DNA of 64,000 nucleotides from an uncultured virus (IMG/VR IMGVR_UViG_3300011471_000001) (IMGVR_UViG_3300011471_000001:1-64000); one strand, 5' to 3'; shown: positions 27,581-38,642, counted from the stretch's first letter. The notes: generated by a model from the letters alone, not told the origin. Translations and numbers: made by a program.

Positions 27581-28009
27581 CTAAAATCTTCTTTTCTCTA
27601 TGGATTCATCATAGCTGACGTACATGTAAGGTTCAGTATCATCCGCCGAAGGCATCACGGGAAGCAGATGTACCGCGCTGAATACGGCATCGTTTTCGGT
27701 ACGGTCGTCAGCGTACAGGTGCGCAGCTATGACCGTAAGAGCAGGACGTGAAAGCGAGTATATTTCAGCTACATCGCTTTCGACTACCTGCCCAAATTTA
27801 GTAGTAGCACGTTCCAGCAATAACGTTTTGACGGCAGGCCACCACGGCCCAAAAGCCCGGTACGCAAACCTCGCACTGCTGACGCGCTTTACTAAATTTT
27901 CCAGATAGTTTACTAAAAAGGCCTCTTCGGTTCGCCCGTCCAGAGCCAGCGGTAGCAGGCTCTCGATGTAGGTTTCGGTTGGCTTGATGGTATCAATGAG
28001 TGTCGTCAT
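27581..28009 (-). CDS. ulx: Ulx, DarB packaging helper
   Basis: 142 aa directly downstream of darB (P1 synteny); YRAFGPWWPAVK. Confidence 0.7.
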   Translation of the reverse strand: MTTLIDTIKPTETYIESLLPLALDGRTEEAFLVNYLENLVKRVSSARFAYRAFGPWWPAVKTLLLERATTKFGQVVESDVAEIYSLSRPALTVIAAHLYADDRTENDAVFSAVHLLPVMPSADDTEPYMYVSYDESIEKRRF

Positions 28010-28039
28010 GTTTGACGGCCCTCGCGGGCCGCTCCTGAA

Positions 28040-31000
28040 TTATGCGTTTACAATATCGTTGCGTAGCGCATCGAGATCGTGGGAGGAAGGGATAAGCCAA
28101 GCGGCTTGTGTGAACTCGTTTCCGGCTACCGGATCTTCTTCAAAATTCCAGAATTTCGCGCCGTACTTCTCTTTGATGAGATCACGCACCGCTTTGCGCT
28201 TAAGCACCGGCTTATCACTGGTGTCCGTCAGGACATAAGCGCCACCAGCCGGGAAGTCGATTTTAAAGGTGCGGTTCTTCCACTTGCGCGAGGCCACCAG
28301 TTCCTGCTCGTTTTTCATGACCTGGAAGCCATCGGACTGCTTCTCTGCCTGGACGGTACGCACGGTCGTTGCCGCTGCCGCCGCGAGTCTGTTGGCTTCT
28401 TCACGGCGGGCCTGCACAACGTCAGGCGACAGCTTGCCGGTCATCAGCGCTTTATAGTCGTCCCACGTCGTCGCGTACTCACGGTAATCGCCTTTTTCCA
28501 TTCGATCCAGCCACAGATAAACCATCGTTAGCTGCCGCTTAATAGCGCTGGAAGAGGCGAACGTTTCGACATTGATTCCGGCGTCATCGAGCGCACCCAG
28601 TGAAACGCCGGCGCGCAGATAAATTGCAGCCGGTGACTCCGTTACGGTTGCTGCGCGGTCAACGTCACTGTAAGAATCAAATTTAGACTTCACCAGCAGC
28701 ACGGCAATACCGGCCTGGCTATCACTCTCACTCATCTGGCGGAATTGCTGCAGCGCGGCGGCGGCATACTGTTCTGTCAGTGATTTGACAGCCTGCACCT
28801 TACCGTCGGCCATCTCGTTACGCAGTTGTTCGAATATTGCTTCGTACTCATGACGGTTAGAGAAGCCCTCCATGCCGTTACGGAACTGACGAAGGCTGAT
28901 AACGTTGCTCCAGTAGTAACGGTCCTGCCCTGCGCCCAGGAAGGCGGCATGTGCCTCTTCATCATTCGCGCCGGTTACTGACCGCTTTTTGGGGTCGTTC
29001 GCTTCGAACTCGGCCACCAGTCGGTTAAAGACTTTAACCACGTCCGCCATGCCCGCCTGCTTCCCGTAAGCCTGCAATGCCGTGTCGTAGTTACGGCCAA
29101 ACATTGCCTTAAAGAAGCCCTGCGCGCTGTAGATGTTGTTGTCCACGCTGTACTGATAAAGCTCACGCTTCAACTGCTCATCGGTGTGATCCGGGTACAG
29201 CCACGTTTCAGCCGGTCGCTCTTCGCTGGCGCTGATCGTGCCTCTCAAGTAAGCCAGTTTCAGGCTGCCGTCATTGTCGCGGTAGAGCCATCCGTCGGTG
29301 TTCACATTCAGGACGCCCGCGTGAATGGCCGCGTAGAAGTCAGCACGGCTCAGCGTGTCAGCCAGGTTTACCGGCTCGATGCCCTTCGCTGCTGTCTGGA
29401 GCGCTTTTGCCTGATCACTGGTGATATCCACGCGGTCGCCCACCAGCGCAGACGGCATTTCAGCAAAGCCACCGATACTCGGACCGGTATAGCAGCGCAA
29501 CGGCTTGTGGATCAGCTCAACCTCAACCGTATTTTTCTCCGGGAAGAATTTGCGGATCTGGAATACGCCCTTTTCTTCGCGGTCATCGTTGAGCCAGATT
29601 TCATAAGTCGCGCCAATTCGCACCAGCTGGCCATCGGGCAGTTTCATGTACTGCTCCGGGGCGCGCAACACGTCCGGATCGACTTCCAGCGCACCGGACT
29701 TAATTGCTCGTTCCACTTCCCCGCGAGAGCGCTTAATGGTGCTGGCCGCACTTTTAGAGCGCATCAGCGCTTTGCGTGCGCCGCTCAGCTCCTGCTCCAG
29801 CTTCTTCTGCTTCGCCAGATTTTCACGCAGTGCAGCACGCGCTACGCGGCGATCCTGACCACGCCAGGCATCAGCTGACCGCTTGCCCTCTCTTTCAAGC
29901 TCACGGTTATAGGCTGCTTCAGCGTCGGTGACGTCCTCGCGCAGGCCATCAATCTCGCCGTTGATCGCATCAAACGCTGCTGACAGCCTGGTAATGTTCT
30001 CTTCCAGCACTTCAACAGGTGTAGCAGCGGCGACGCTTGCCTTCAGGTAGATATCCAGCGCGGCAGCGGCTTCGCGCTCGGCCTGCTGACGGTCGGCTTC
30101 ACGCTTCGCTTTCAGCTGTGCATCGACGCGGGCGCGGCGCTCTTCCGGATTAGCGGCCAGCAGTAGGCTTTGCTCTTCTTTCGACTCCACATCGCCGTTT
30201 TTAATGCTGGATACGTCGGATTTCATGACGTCGTTGATCCAGTTTTTCTTGCGCTGCAGCGTCTCCAGACGGAACTCGTCAAATGACCCTTTGCCACAGT
30301 AGTAATGCACGCGCATGGTGTCGCGCTCGGAGCCCACGCGGGCGCCGCGTCCGTTACGCTGGTCGATACTGGCTGGCGTCCAGGGGAGTGTCAGATGGTG
30401 CGTATCGGCGGTGCCTTTATGCAGGTTGATCCCCACTTCGGCCTTTTTGTTGCAGATGATGATTGGCGTGCGGCCTTCGTTGTAGTCGGCGGCGATCCCT
30501 TCCATACCGGCCAGCGAGGCGTCACTCTGCGCGGCCTGATAATCCTCATAGCGCGCCAGATCCTGATAGTACTTATCCCATGCGCCTTCCTTAAAGCTGC
30601 CGTCCGCTTTTTCCACCGGCTCAACCGGTTTCTTCACGGGCTTCAACTTCACGCCAGACGCTTTGCTGACTGTTGTGGCGTTGATGATGCCTATCTGCTG
30701 CTCCGCCAGGCCCAGGGCGCTGGCGATGATGCGGCGCAGCTTGTTGTGCTGGGACTTTTCATCCATGAAAATGATCTGCTTACCGTCTGGCAGGCCTGCC
30801 TTCAGGTTTTCAATCAGCGCGGCATACTTCGGCGGTACCGGGTGCGAGACGTTTTCCATGCTGATACCGGCAGCGGCGATCGCATCCAGTACCTGCTGCT
30901 CCAGCGTGTCGCTCACCACCAGCTCCACGACGCCCCCGCGATTCTTCAGTGTGGTCTTGACTACCTTGCTGGTGCGCGTGTCGATTAGGCCGGTTTCCGC

Positions 31001-34000
31001 GTCCTCAGCGGTCTCTTCATCATCACCGACAAGCAGCTGGCCACCAGCCTCACCCGGCAGCGAGCGCGCCACCTGTTTCGCCAACTCTGTGTCCTCTTCA
31101 CGGAAGCGGAACGTGATAGCAGAGCGGTACAGGTCCGGATCGATAACCACCTTATCCATGTCGCGGATAACAGAGAAAATGAAGTCGTCTTCGTTTTGCA
31201 CAATGGAAATATGACCATCGCCATTGTCCTCTACGGTTTCCTTTTGCCCGATACGGCTGGCGCGCAAACGGAGCTCTTCATAAAGCTCTTTCTGGTCCCG
31301 CGTCATCGGCACGCCAACGGTTTTCTCGTCGAGGCCTGGGATCTTCACGCTGTCTTTCACGTCAGCAGCAGATTTAAGCGTCGTCCAGCGATGGAAGATG
31401 CCGCGCAGACCATCAAGGTTTTTGAAGCCCACCAGCCCCTGCTTGTCTTCCAGTTCGCCTGAAATCTTCTGGACGGTAACGGTGTCGGTTTCCCCGAATA
31501 CGCGCACAAAGTCATCCGGCGTCAGTATCCCCATCGCCTTCCACTCATCCAGCGACACGACGTGTGACAGCATGTTAAAGGCGTCAATCGGGGAGTTAAC
31601 CAGCGGTGTTGCGGTCAGCATAACGACGCCGCGGCCGTTGTACTTCTTCATCATGTACTGGCTTTTCACGGCCATATCGCGGGCAATCTTGGAGACGGAC
31701 GGATTAGGCAGGTAGGCCAGCTGGCCCGCTTCACGTCCGGCGCTGTGCGAGTTGCGGTAGTTATGCCCTTCGTCTGCGATCACGCTGTCAAAGTGCATAT
31801 CCTCAAAGTAAGGGATCTGGCTCTTTTTCTTCGTGCCGGTATCGGCGGCTTTGTCGCGGAGTTTGTTACGGGACGTGGCGGCGCGGTGCGTAGACTTCAT
31901 CAGGTCCGTGCGGCCATTCTCAATCTGGTTAAAGACCGCCTGGCTGGAGTTTTCCTCGATTGTCTCCGGGCGCATCGGGATATCGCCAAACTGCTCTTTG
32001 GTCATCACCACGGCGCGGTAGTTGGAAACCGGGATCATATTCATGCGCTCAAGCACGGTTGCGGCCGCGGACTCTTTCACGACATTACGCATCACCGGCT
32101 GGCCGTCTTTGTCCAGTTTCGGCTCGTTGTTCTCGTCGCGCTCCTGGGCCTGCATGATCTGGCCATCTTCACCGCGCACTTCGTCCAGCCCGACAAACAG
32201 GATGTTCTGGAAGGCCTCGGCGCTGTAGAAGCCCTGGGCTTCGTGATACCAGTTCTGGAGGACCGCTTTTGGCACAACGTAGACAGTTCGCTTACTGCGC
32301 CCCACCTCGTAGTTATAGGCTTCCAGCGCCAGCGCCGTGGTGGTTTTACCCAGACCCGTGCCAAAGCCCATGATGCCGCGGCCGTCTTCCGACAGGCGCC
32401 GGACTTCCGCATTCTGATAGCTCAGAGGAATACGTTTGCCGCTGATCTGCTGCAGCTGCAGCGAGGCAGACGAGTGCTCAAACGGAACGTAGCCGTTAAA
32501 GGCGTCGTTGTAGTCGCTGACGACGGTTTCCACATCTGGGTGCGTGCGCAGCCAGTCGTTGAAATGTGACTCCAGATCGCTGATGCGCTTCAGGTACGCA
32601 TTGGCATTTACCCCGCGTGGCTTCACGCCATTCAGGTAGTTTTCCAGCTGATTGTAGAAGCCGTCTTTGTAGCTGGCGCGCTTGAACTCGGTCACGCCGC
32701 CTTTGCTGGTGACAGAGCGAACCTGGTAGCCAGAGAAAACGCCGTCTTTGCCTGCGTAATTGTCTTCTGCGGTCAGATAACCGTTGTCGTTTTCCAGGTC
32801 CTGCGTGTATTTGAAGTCATCAAAGCCCTGTTCGATAAGAAACTCTTTGATCAGGCGGCGGTCCAGCCAGCGGGCATTCAGGTTAACCGTAATGTCTTCG
32901 ATCGGCGTGTGATTGCGCTTCTCGTTAATGGCTTCCAGCTGGCGGACATAGTTCGCCTTTACCGGGCCATCCGGCGAGTCGTCAATAAACGCCGCCAGAC
33001 GGGAGACTTTGCCGCGCACGTTCCCGCTGGTGGCGCGGGCCAGTGGCATGATGTTGCCGTTGCCATCGAGGGCGATCTCCGGGAAGGTCGCCAGGTGCGC
33101 CAGCAGCGCGTCGTCATCCTCCGGCAGTTGGCCGGTAAACGCGGCGCGGAAGGCGGCCAGTGCAACCGGAACCAGATCAACGTCGCTGAAAAGATGTGAT
33201 ACCACCTGCTCCGGGCTGGCGAAATCAACTGCCACAGCCTCGCTACGGTCGATGGTGCCGTTCAGCAGCGCCGACAGATCACCTTCACGGCTGACGTTGG
33301 CCTGAAAACTCAGCCAGCCCTTTGCGCTGGCGTCAGACAGCCCCGCCAGTTTCAGGCCTTTCGGCGTGCCGTACTGGCCCACCTCTTCGCTCACAAGGCG
33401 GGCAGCGTCGGCAATGATGCCGCTGGCGTCGCCGCCCAGCATCTGTGTATTCAGCGCGTCATTGATGCGCAGACCGATAATCGAGGCACGCATAACGCGC
33501 CAGCGGTGGCCGGGCTTCTGCTGCATAGCGAAACGGATCGCGGCGTGAATGCGATCGTCAAACAGCTGCGGGTATTCCACGCTGGCGGCATACAGGGCGC
33601 GGCTGTCCAGCGACAGCATGCCGTTGATGGTGCGCGTTTTTGTCTGCAGGTCGCCAAACGTCGCCGCGCCGAACCGCTCCGCGTCGATCCCGCTCGATGC
33701 GGTGGTGGCGTCTTTGATAAAACGGGTGCCGTCATAGGTGTGCCAGACGCCAGCCATGAGGCGCTTATCACCTTCAACCGGCGACTGCCAGACGGCGGCA
33801 GGTGTACCCAGCCGGTCCCAGTCGATACGGCTATCAAAGCGGCGCGACAGCGCGGCCTTCATTGCCGCATTGGTCAGCTGGCCATCTTTCTTCACCACCA
33901 GGATGTTATTGAAGTCAGATCGCTCAGTTTCACCGTGAACAAAGCGACGGCCTTCGGTTTCGAACCACTTGCCCCGGATGAACGTTGGCCATAGCACGCT

Positions 34001-34909
34001 TGCCGCCTCAAGCGACTGTTCATCGCTATCATGCACCAGCTGCGTCAGCGCTTCGGTATGCTTTCGCAGTACCCACACATCCACCACCGTTGCGGTACCG
34101 CTTTCGGCAAACGTGCCGGACGGCATGCGGTGCGCGCCCAGGAACTCCGCCACACGGGAAACGCGATCGCGCAGCTTTCTGTTATTGCCGCCGCCGTCTG
34201 TCATGCCGTTAGGAACCACCAGCACCACCAGCCCGCCAAACTTCACCTTGTCGATAGTGCGCATGACAAAGTAATGCCCGACGTTAGTTTCATTCCGGTA
34301 AGCCGGATCGAGCTCGGCAAAGCCAGTACGCGAATCGCCAAACGGCACGTTACCTACGGCATGGTCATAGCTGTTGTCAGGCACAGATGCCGCCAGCTTC
34401 TCAAACGCGCCCAGGCGGACATCATCCTCCGGGTGCAGCAGCTGGTTAATGCGTCCCGACGTGTCAGAAATCTCCGCCGACGTCATCATTGCGCCGGCGG
34501 GTTTAGTCTCCTGGAACACGCCCGTTCCCGCGGACGGCTCCAGCATGTGTCCGCTGGTGATGCCGTAGTCTGAAAACAGATCCCAGATGCCCTCCGTCAT
34601 AAACGGCGGCGTGTAGTACTCATACTGACTGCCGCCGCTGCCTTCCAGACCGCCCTCACCGCTGTAGCCCGCCAGTACACGGCGCTGCTCATCGGTCAGT
34701 TTATTGCCGTCAAAGCCCTGCGGCAGTGAGTTAAGCAGTGCGATCGCATTATCGTTTGCACTGCGGCGCTCACGCTGCAGGCTCACGCCTTCCCGCTTGG
34801 TCACGCCAAACGCGACTACGGTCCGCTGTTTGTGCAGGCGCATGACCTGCCGGATCAGTTCCTCAACCGATCCCGCTTCCTGCACCGCCCTGTTTGCTAC
34901 ATTTTCCAC
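28040..34909 (-). CDS. darB: DarB antirestriction protein (N6-methyltransferase plus SNF2-like helicase)
   Basis: 2289 aa; LEPSAGTG and GNVPF methyltransferase motifs; GTGLGKT, DEGH, TATP and QRNGRGAR helicase motifs. Confidence 0.92.
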   Translation of the reverse strand: MENVANRAVQEAGSVEELIRQVMRLHKQRTVVAFGVTKREGVSLQRERRSANDNAIALLNSLPQGFDGNKLTDEQRRVLAGYSGEGGLEGSGGSQYEYYTPPFMTEGIWDLFSDYGITSGHMLEPSAGTGVFQETKPAGAMMTSAEISDTSGRINQLLHPEDDVRLGAFEKLAASVPDNSYDHAVGNVPFGDSRTGFAELDPAYRNETNVGHYFVMRTIDKVKFGGLVVLVVPNGMTDGGGNNRKLRDRVSRVAEFLGAHRMPSGTFAESGTATVVDVWVLRKHTEALTQLVHDSDEQSLEAASVLWPTFIRGKWFETEGRRFVHGETERSDFNNILVVKKDGQLTNAAMKAALSRRFDSRIDWDRLGTPAAVWQSPVEGDKRLMAGVWHTYDGTRFIKDATTASSGIDAERFGAATFGDLQTKTRTINGMLSLDSRALYAASVEYPQLFDDRIHAAIRFAMQQKPGHRWRVMRASIIGLRINDALNTQMLGGDASGIIADAARLVSEEVGQYGTPKGLKLAGLSDASAKGWLSFQANVSREGDLSALLNGTIDRSEAVAVDFASPEQVVSHLFSDVDLVPVALAAFRAAFTGQLPEDDDALLAHLATFPEIALDGNGNIMPLARATSGNVRGKVSRLAAFIDDSPDGPVKANYVRQLEAINEKRNHTPIEDITVNLNARWLDRRLIKEFLIEQGFDDFKYTQDLENDNGYLTAEDNYAGKDGVFSGYQVRSVTSKGGVTEFKRASYKDGFYNQLENYLNGVKPRGVNANAYLKRISDLESHFNDWLRTHPDVETVVSDYNDAFNGYVPFEHSSASLQLQQISGKRIPLSYQNAEVRRLSEDGRGIMGFGTGLGKTTTALALEAYNYEVGRSKRTVYVVPKAVLQNWYHEAQGFYSAEAFQNILFVGLDEVRGEDGQIMQAQERDENNEPKLDKDGQPVMRNVVKESAAATVLERMNMIPVSNYRAVVMTKEQFGDIPMRPETIEENSSQAVFNQIENGRTDLMKSTHRAATSRNKLRDKAADTGTKKKSQIPYFEDMHFDSVIADEGHNYRNSHSAGREAGQLAYLPNPSVSKIARDMAVKSQYMMKKYNGRGVVMLTATPLVNSPIDAFNMLSHVVSLDEWKAMGILTPDDFVRVFGETDTVTVQKISGELEDKQGLVGFKNLDGLRGIFHRWTTLKSAADVKDSVKIPGLDEKTVGVPMTRDQKELYEELRLRASRIGQKETVEDNGDGHISIVQNEDDFIFSVIRDMDKVVIDPDLYRSAITFRFREEDTELAKQVARSLPGEAGGQLLVGDDEETAEDAETGLIDTRTSKVVKTTLKNRGGVVELVVSDTLEQQVLDAIAAAGISMENVSHPVPPKYAALIENLKAGLPDGKQIIFMDEKSQHNKLRRIIASALGLAEQQIGIINATTVSKASGVKLKPVKKPVEPVEKADGSFKEGAWDKYYQDLARYEDYQAAQSDASLAGMEGIAADYNEGRTPIIICNKKAEVGINLHKGTADTHHLTLPWTPASIDQRNGRGARVGSERDTMRVHYYCGKGSFDEFRLETLQRKKNWINDVMKSDVSSIKNGDVESKEEQSLLLAANPEERRARVDAQLKAKREADRQQAEREAAAALDIYLKASVAAATPVEVLEENITRLSAAFDAINGEIDGLREDVTDAEAAYNRELEREGKRSADAWRGQDRRVARAALRENLAKQKKLEQELSGARKALMRSKSAASTIKRSRGEVERAIKSGALEVDPDVLRAPEQYMKLPDGQLVRIGATYEIWLNDDREEKGVFQIRKFFPEKNTVEVELIHKPLRCYTGPSIGGFAEMPSALVGDRVDITSDQAKALQTAAKGIEPVNLADTLSRADFYAAIHAGVLNVNTDGWLYRDNDGSLKLAYLRGTISASEERPAETWLYPDHTDEQLKRELYQYSVDNNIYSAQGFFKAMFGRNYDTALQAYGKQAGMADVVKVFNRLVAEFEANDPKKRSVTGANDEEAHAAFLGAGQDRYYWSNVISLRQFRNGMEGFSNRHEYEAIFEQLRNEMADGKVQAVKSLTEQYAAAALQQFRQMSESDSQAGIAVLLVKSKFDSYSDVDRAATVTESPAAIYLRAGVSLGALDDAGINVETFASSSAIKRQLTMVYLWLDRMEKGDYREYATTWDDYKALMTGKLSPDVVQARREEANRLAAAAATTVRTVQAEKQSDGFQVMKNEQELVASRKWKNRTFKIDFPAGGAYVLTDTSDKPVLKRKAVRDLIKEKYGAKFWNFEEDPVAGNEFTQAAWLIPSSHDLDALRNDIVNA

Positions 34910-34973
34910 TGTGTAACTTTCCCTCAGATTGCATAAAGCGAATATGCTCTATTTAATTCTAAAGGTTTATTAA

Positions 34974-36686
34974 ATGAGGCGTATAACTTTGACTACTAAA
35001 AAAAAGGCACAATCCGTTTTAAGCGCGTTAAGGCAGGCATTCCGTGGAGCGACGACACAGGCACCACAGAGCCTTGCCTGGACCAACGGACAGAACGTGG
35101 TTGTCTCACGCTCAGGGCTGGCGGCGATGGCCTACAACGAGGGGAAGGCGGGGGAAATGACTTCTGCCGGCGACAGTCTTTACCTGGGCGCGGAGCTGCC
35201 GCTGGACAGGCTGCAGCGATATGCGATTCTGGAGGAAATGGCGAACAGCCCGACGTGCTCCGCCGCACTGAATATCCACATTGGCCACGCACTCGCGCCG
35301 GACAAAAAAACCGGACTGGCGTTCTCCATCGTGCCGGTCGATCCGTCCGACGCAGAAGGCGCGGCGCGTGCGAAAGAGCTACAAGACGATCTGGGCGCGA
35401 TGATTAACCGGCATCTGCCGTCGCTGGCCATGACAATGGCTATTTTCGGCGTCTCTTACGTGCGGCCCTATGCCCGTACTGGGAAAGGGATCACCAGCCT
35501 GGAAAACAGCTATTACTCGCTGCCCTACTTCATTCAGGAGTTTTACAAAGGCGATCAGCTGGTGGGTTTCGGCGGGGATTACGTGCTGGCACCCGACACC
35601 CACACCCGCACGCTGTCTACGCCGTGGTCGCTGGTTCCGATGAAAAATCCCTATTGGACGCCCACGCGCAACGTGCAGCCGGTAACGTCAGGCAATCGTG
35701 GTTACTCTCTGCTGTCGGAAGAGGAAGACAAGGAGGTAGCGGAGACGCAGAACTACGGCACCAGCTTCCTGGCGCACGCCTATGAACCTTTCCTGAATCT
35801 TACTGGCGCGCTGAATGCGCTGAAGGCAACGCGCTATAACGCCGCCAAAATTGACCGGCTGATCGCCCTGACAACTAACTCACTCGATCCAGTCGTCGGC
35901 GCGAACTACACCCGCACCGTGTCGCAGACGCTCAAACGCCACGGCGAAGCACTCCAGAAAAAAGCGGTGAACGGTAACACCATGCCAACGGTGATGAACC
36001 ATGTGATCCCGGTGATGGGTGACGGCAAGAACGGCATTACGATCGATACGCAGTCGATACCTGCTGACATTACCGGTATTGAGGATGTGATGTTTCACCT
36101 GCGCCAGCTGTGCGCCGCACTCGGCATCGACTCAACAATGCTGGGCTGGGCCGATCAGATGGCAGGCGGGCTGGGCGAAGGTGGCTGGATACAGACGGCG
36201 ATTCAGGCGGCGCTCCGGGCGCAGTGGCTTCGCCAGGGCGCGCAGGAGATGATTTACCGGCTGATCGACATTCACCTGGCGTTTAAATATGGCAAGGTGT
36301 ACCCGGTCAATGACCGCCCCTACGTGGTGCAGTTTAACTCCATGAACACTGCCATTCAGGAAGAAGAAAGCCGCGAAATGGACGCCCGCGCCAACTTCAT
36401 TACCCTGATGGTGCAGATTATGGACGCGCTGCAGGCTAATAACAAGCTGGCGGAAAACGATACGTTTATGCGTTATCTGTTCAGCGATCAGCTGAAAATG
36501 GACGGCAGCACGCTCGACAAAATGCTGGCGGAGTTTGAGAAAAGCAGGAAGAAAGCTGACGCGCAGGAGGATGAAGGCGGCGGCGGCATGATGAACGAAT
36601 CGGCGCCTGACGGTTCGGATCCGGCCAGCTGGACGCATGATGAGCTGGTGGCATTTGCCCGTTTTGTGACAGCACCCGGCAGCTGA
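34974..36686 (+). CDS. prt: Portal protein Prt
   Basis: 570 aa, divergent from darB as in P1; start codon uncertain. Confidence 0.75.
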   Translation: MRRITLTTKKKAQSVLSALRQAFRGATTQAPQSLAWTNGQNVVVSRSGLAAMAYNEGKAGEMTSAGDSLYLGAELPLDRLQRYAILEEMANSPTCSAALNIHIGHALAPDKKTGLAFSIVPVDPSDAEGAARAKELQDDLGAMINRHLPSLAMTMAIFGVSYVRPYARTGKGITSLENSYYSLPYFIQEFYKGDQLVGFGGDYVLAPDTHTRTLSTPWSLVPMKNPYWTPTRNVQPVTSGNRGYSLLSEEEDKEVAETQNYGTSFLAHAYEPFLNLTGALNALKATRYNAAKIDRLIALTTNSLDPVVGANYTRTVSQTLKRHGEALQKKAVNGNTMPTVMNHVIPVMGDGKNGITIDTQSIPADITGIEDVMFHLRQLCAALGIDSTMLGWADQMAGGLGEGGWIQTAIQAALRAQWLRQGAQEMIYRLIDIHLAFKYGKVYPVNDRPYVVQFNSMNTAIQEEESREMDARANFITLMVQIMDALQANNKLAENDTFMRYLFSDQLKMDGSTLDKMLAEFEKSRKKADAQEDEGGGGMMNESAPDGSDPASWTHDELVAFARFVTAPGS

Positions 36687-36830
36687 CCAGCGTTAAAAAA
36701 AGACCGCACATCACATCCAGGGAGGTGTGCGGTTGATAAACGCCTTATCAATGCGATACAGAGGGAGGTGTATTAAGAATGATATTTTGCTGACCGGCAA
36801 ATCAATACCCCAGAGAGACTGACAGGCAGC

Positions 36831-37097
36831 TCATTTTTTATTCGGCTTTTTTGCGATGCTTAACAAAACAGCAGCATCAGACTTAGCCGTGTTTATATCG
36901 GGGAGTACCGCGCAGTACGGACACGGCGTGACCCCTGTATAACTTCTTTTTGCCACGCTCAGCGCCTGGACTAACGAGTAACAGCTGCCGATAAAAGCCC
37001 GGTATTCTTGAACCGGTAGCTGCTTACAGTCAGTCCGGTGCAGCAATAACCCGCTGCTTCCGTGGTCGCTGACGTAGAATTTTATGGCCTTACTCAT
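36831..37097 (-). CDS. Small HxxxC...CxxC zinc-binding protein (paralog A)
   Basis: FYVS..LLLHRTDC..LP..R.FIG..CPYC; AAGG RBS. Confidence 0.6.
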   Translation of the reverse strand: MSKAIKFYVSDHGSSGLLLHRTDCKQLPVQEYRAFIGSCYSLVQALSVAKRSYTGVTPCPYCAVLPDINTAKSDAAVLLSIAKKPNKK

Positions 37098-37695
37098 GCC
37101 ATGACCTTTTGCTGTGTGTAACCCAAAGTACCATTCGGATGGATGCCATTCGTGATTGTCCTTAACCCGTCATAGCGGCAGACGTATCTATGCAAAATTT
37201 ATATAACAAACTTTTTCACATTAGCCCGTCTGCGTTAACAAAACTTATCACTATCTTTCTGAATTAAAAAACACTTTTAACGGACTGTATTTTTGACCTG
37301 TACAGATAAAAGTTTTTTTGCAATGGAATTAAAGTCAGTAAATGAATCTAACTCACTGATTTTCGTCCGAGCTTAGATAATGAGTTGATAGAATATACCT
37401 TTAAGTTAAGATTTATTACCGGTAAAAAAAACCAACAGAAACTGAGGTAAATATCATAATGTTGCTGGATATCCGTTTAATGATCAGTTTTTATGTATAA
37501 TCTACCGTTAATTCAATCAAAATAATTGATCTTCCATTTCCGACTGTTAATCTCAACAGGAAATAATACATAAACGTTATTATTTTACTGTCTTTTGACA
37601 GATTAGCAGCACAAAAAAAGCCGCACTCGGATATTCCGGTGTGCAGCTTCAGATAATTATCTTATGGAAAAAATGCCCTGCTGTGTCAGGCGCAG

Positions 37696-38157
37696 CTAAT
37701 TGCTCCACTCATATACAAAGTGTTGCACCGCAATGACCTTCAGGCCGCTCCTGATTTTCACAACCTGTTGCGGACCAGCCTGCTCCTGTGCGATCGCCTT
37801 CTTCATCAGTGGCGCTGCAAGCTTAACAGCCGTCGCTTTAACAGGCTGGCATGTCTGCGTCGCCATCGCCTTCTTTGCTTTGGGCGCAGGCCTCTTTTTA
37901 GGTTTCTGACTGAGCTTAAGCAACCGCTCTTTGCGAGAGTCTTTTTCTTCAGGATTCTGGATTTTTAAACATACAGGGCATCGCTCAGAATTACTGTGAT
38001 GGCCCAGTGCCACAGTCATTGCCTGTTGCGTGGTGTAGAGCGTGCCGATAAATATCCGGCTTTCAGGCGTTTTTGGGAGAAGTTTACAGCCTTCACGGTG
38101 CAACAGAGTGCCGCTTTCATAGTGAACGGAGACGTAGTATTTCTTTGCTTCTAACAT
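37696..38157 (-). CDS. HxxxC...CxxC zinc-binding protein with a Lys/Ala-rich tail (paralog B)
   Basis: YYVS..LLHREGC..LP..RIFIG..CPVC; AAGGA RBS. Confidence 0.6.
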   Translation of the reverse strand: MLEAKKYYVSVHYESGTLLHREGCKLLPKTPESRIFIGTLYTTQQAMTVALGHHSNSERCPVCLKIQNPEEKDSRKERLLKLSQKPKKRPAPKAKKAMATQTCQPVKATAVKLAAPLMKKAIAQEQAGPQQVVKIRSGLKVIAVQHFVYEWSN

Positions 38158-38385
38158 GCCAATTCCTTTAAGCTGTATTGATCCTGATTCAACAGGAGAA
38201 AGATAATGATATTGATTATTATTATTAGTAATTGGTCTGCGGGTATGAATCCTGTAAATTCAGCCTGGCACTGAATTTTACGTACCCAAATGAGAATCCC
38301 TGACGTGCAGAGTTAATTAAACTAAATTAACCCACGCAACCTGTACCGGACCTGATATCTCAGCCATAAGGAAAATTATGACGCT

Positions 38386-38589
38386 TTAGTGTAGCAGCGA
38401 AATAACTTTCCAGTCAGCTGAAATAATGTCGTCAGGAGTAGGATCATAAAAAGACAGTACGCCAGACTCGCTCATGACAATAAACTGCATCTGACTGTCG
38501 GCATTTGTTTCAGTGAATACATGAACAGGTGTATCACCCCACTTGGCACGACGACAGATATTACTTTCAGTCTGGCTGATAGCTGTCAT
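38386..38589 (-). CDS. DUF2829/Tad2-like small protein
   Basis: CRRAKWG...YDPTPDDIISADWKV; ATGA-coupled to a leader ORF. Confidence 0.55.
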   Translation of the reverse strand: MTAISQTESNICRRAKWGDTPVHVFTETNADSQMQFIVMSESGVLSFYDPTPDDIISADWKVISLLH

Positions 38590-38642
38590 GGCGTGGTTAA
38601 AACCTGTTGCTGCTGGGATGGCGTGTCGGGGATATCAGACAT
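38586..38642 (-). CDS. 18-aa leader ORF in the icd position (MSDIPDTPSQQQQVLTTP)
   Basis: AGGGAG RBS overlaps the C4 target b2; stop overlaps the next ATG. Confidence 0.45.
   Translation of the reverse strand: MSDIPDTPSQQQQVLTTP

Noticed and set aside
28079..34916. Many + strand ORFs overlapping darB (likewise over darA, sit and pacAB)
   Set aside because: Antisense shadows of long GC-rich coding genes, with no RBS or motifs.
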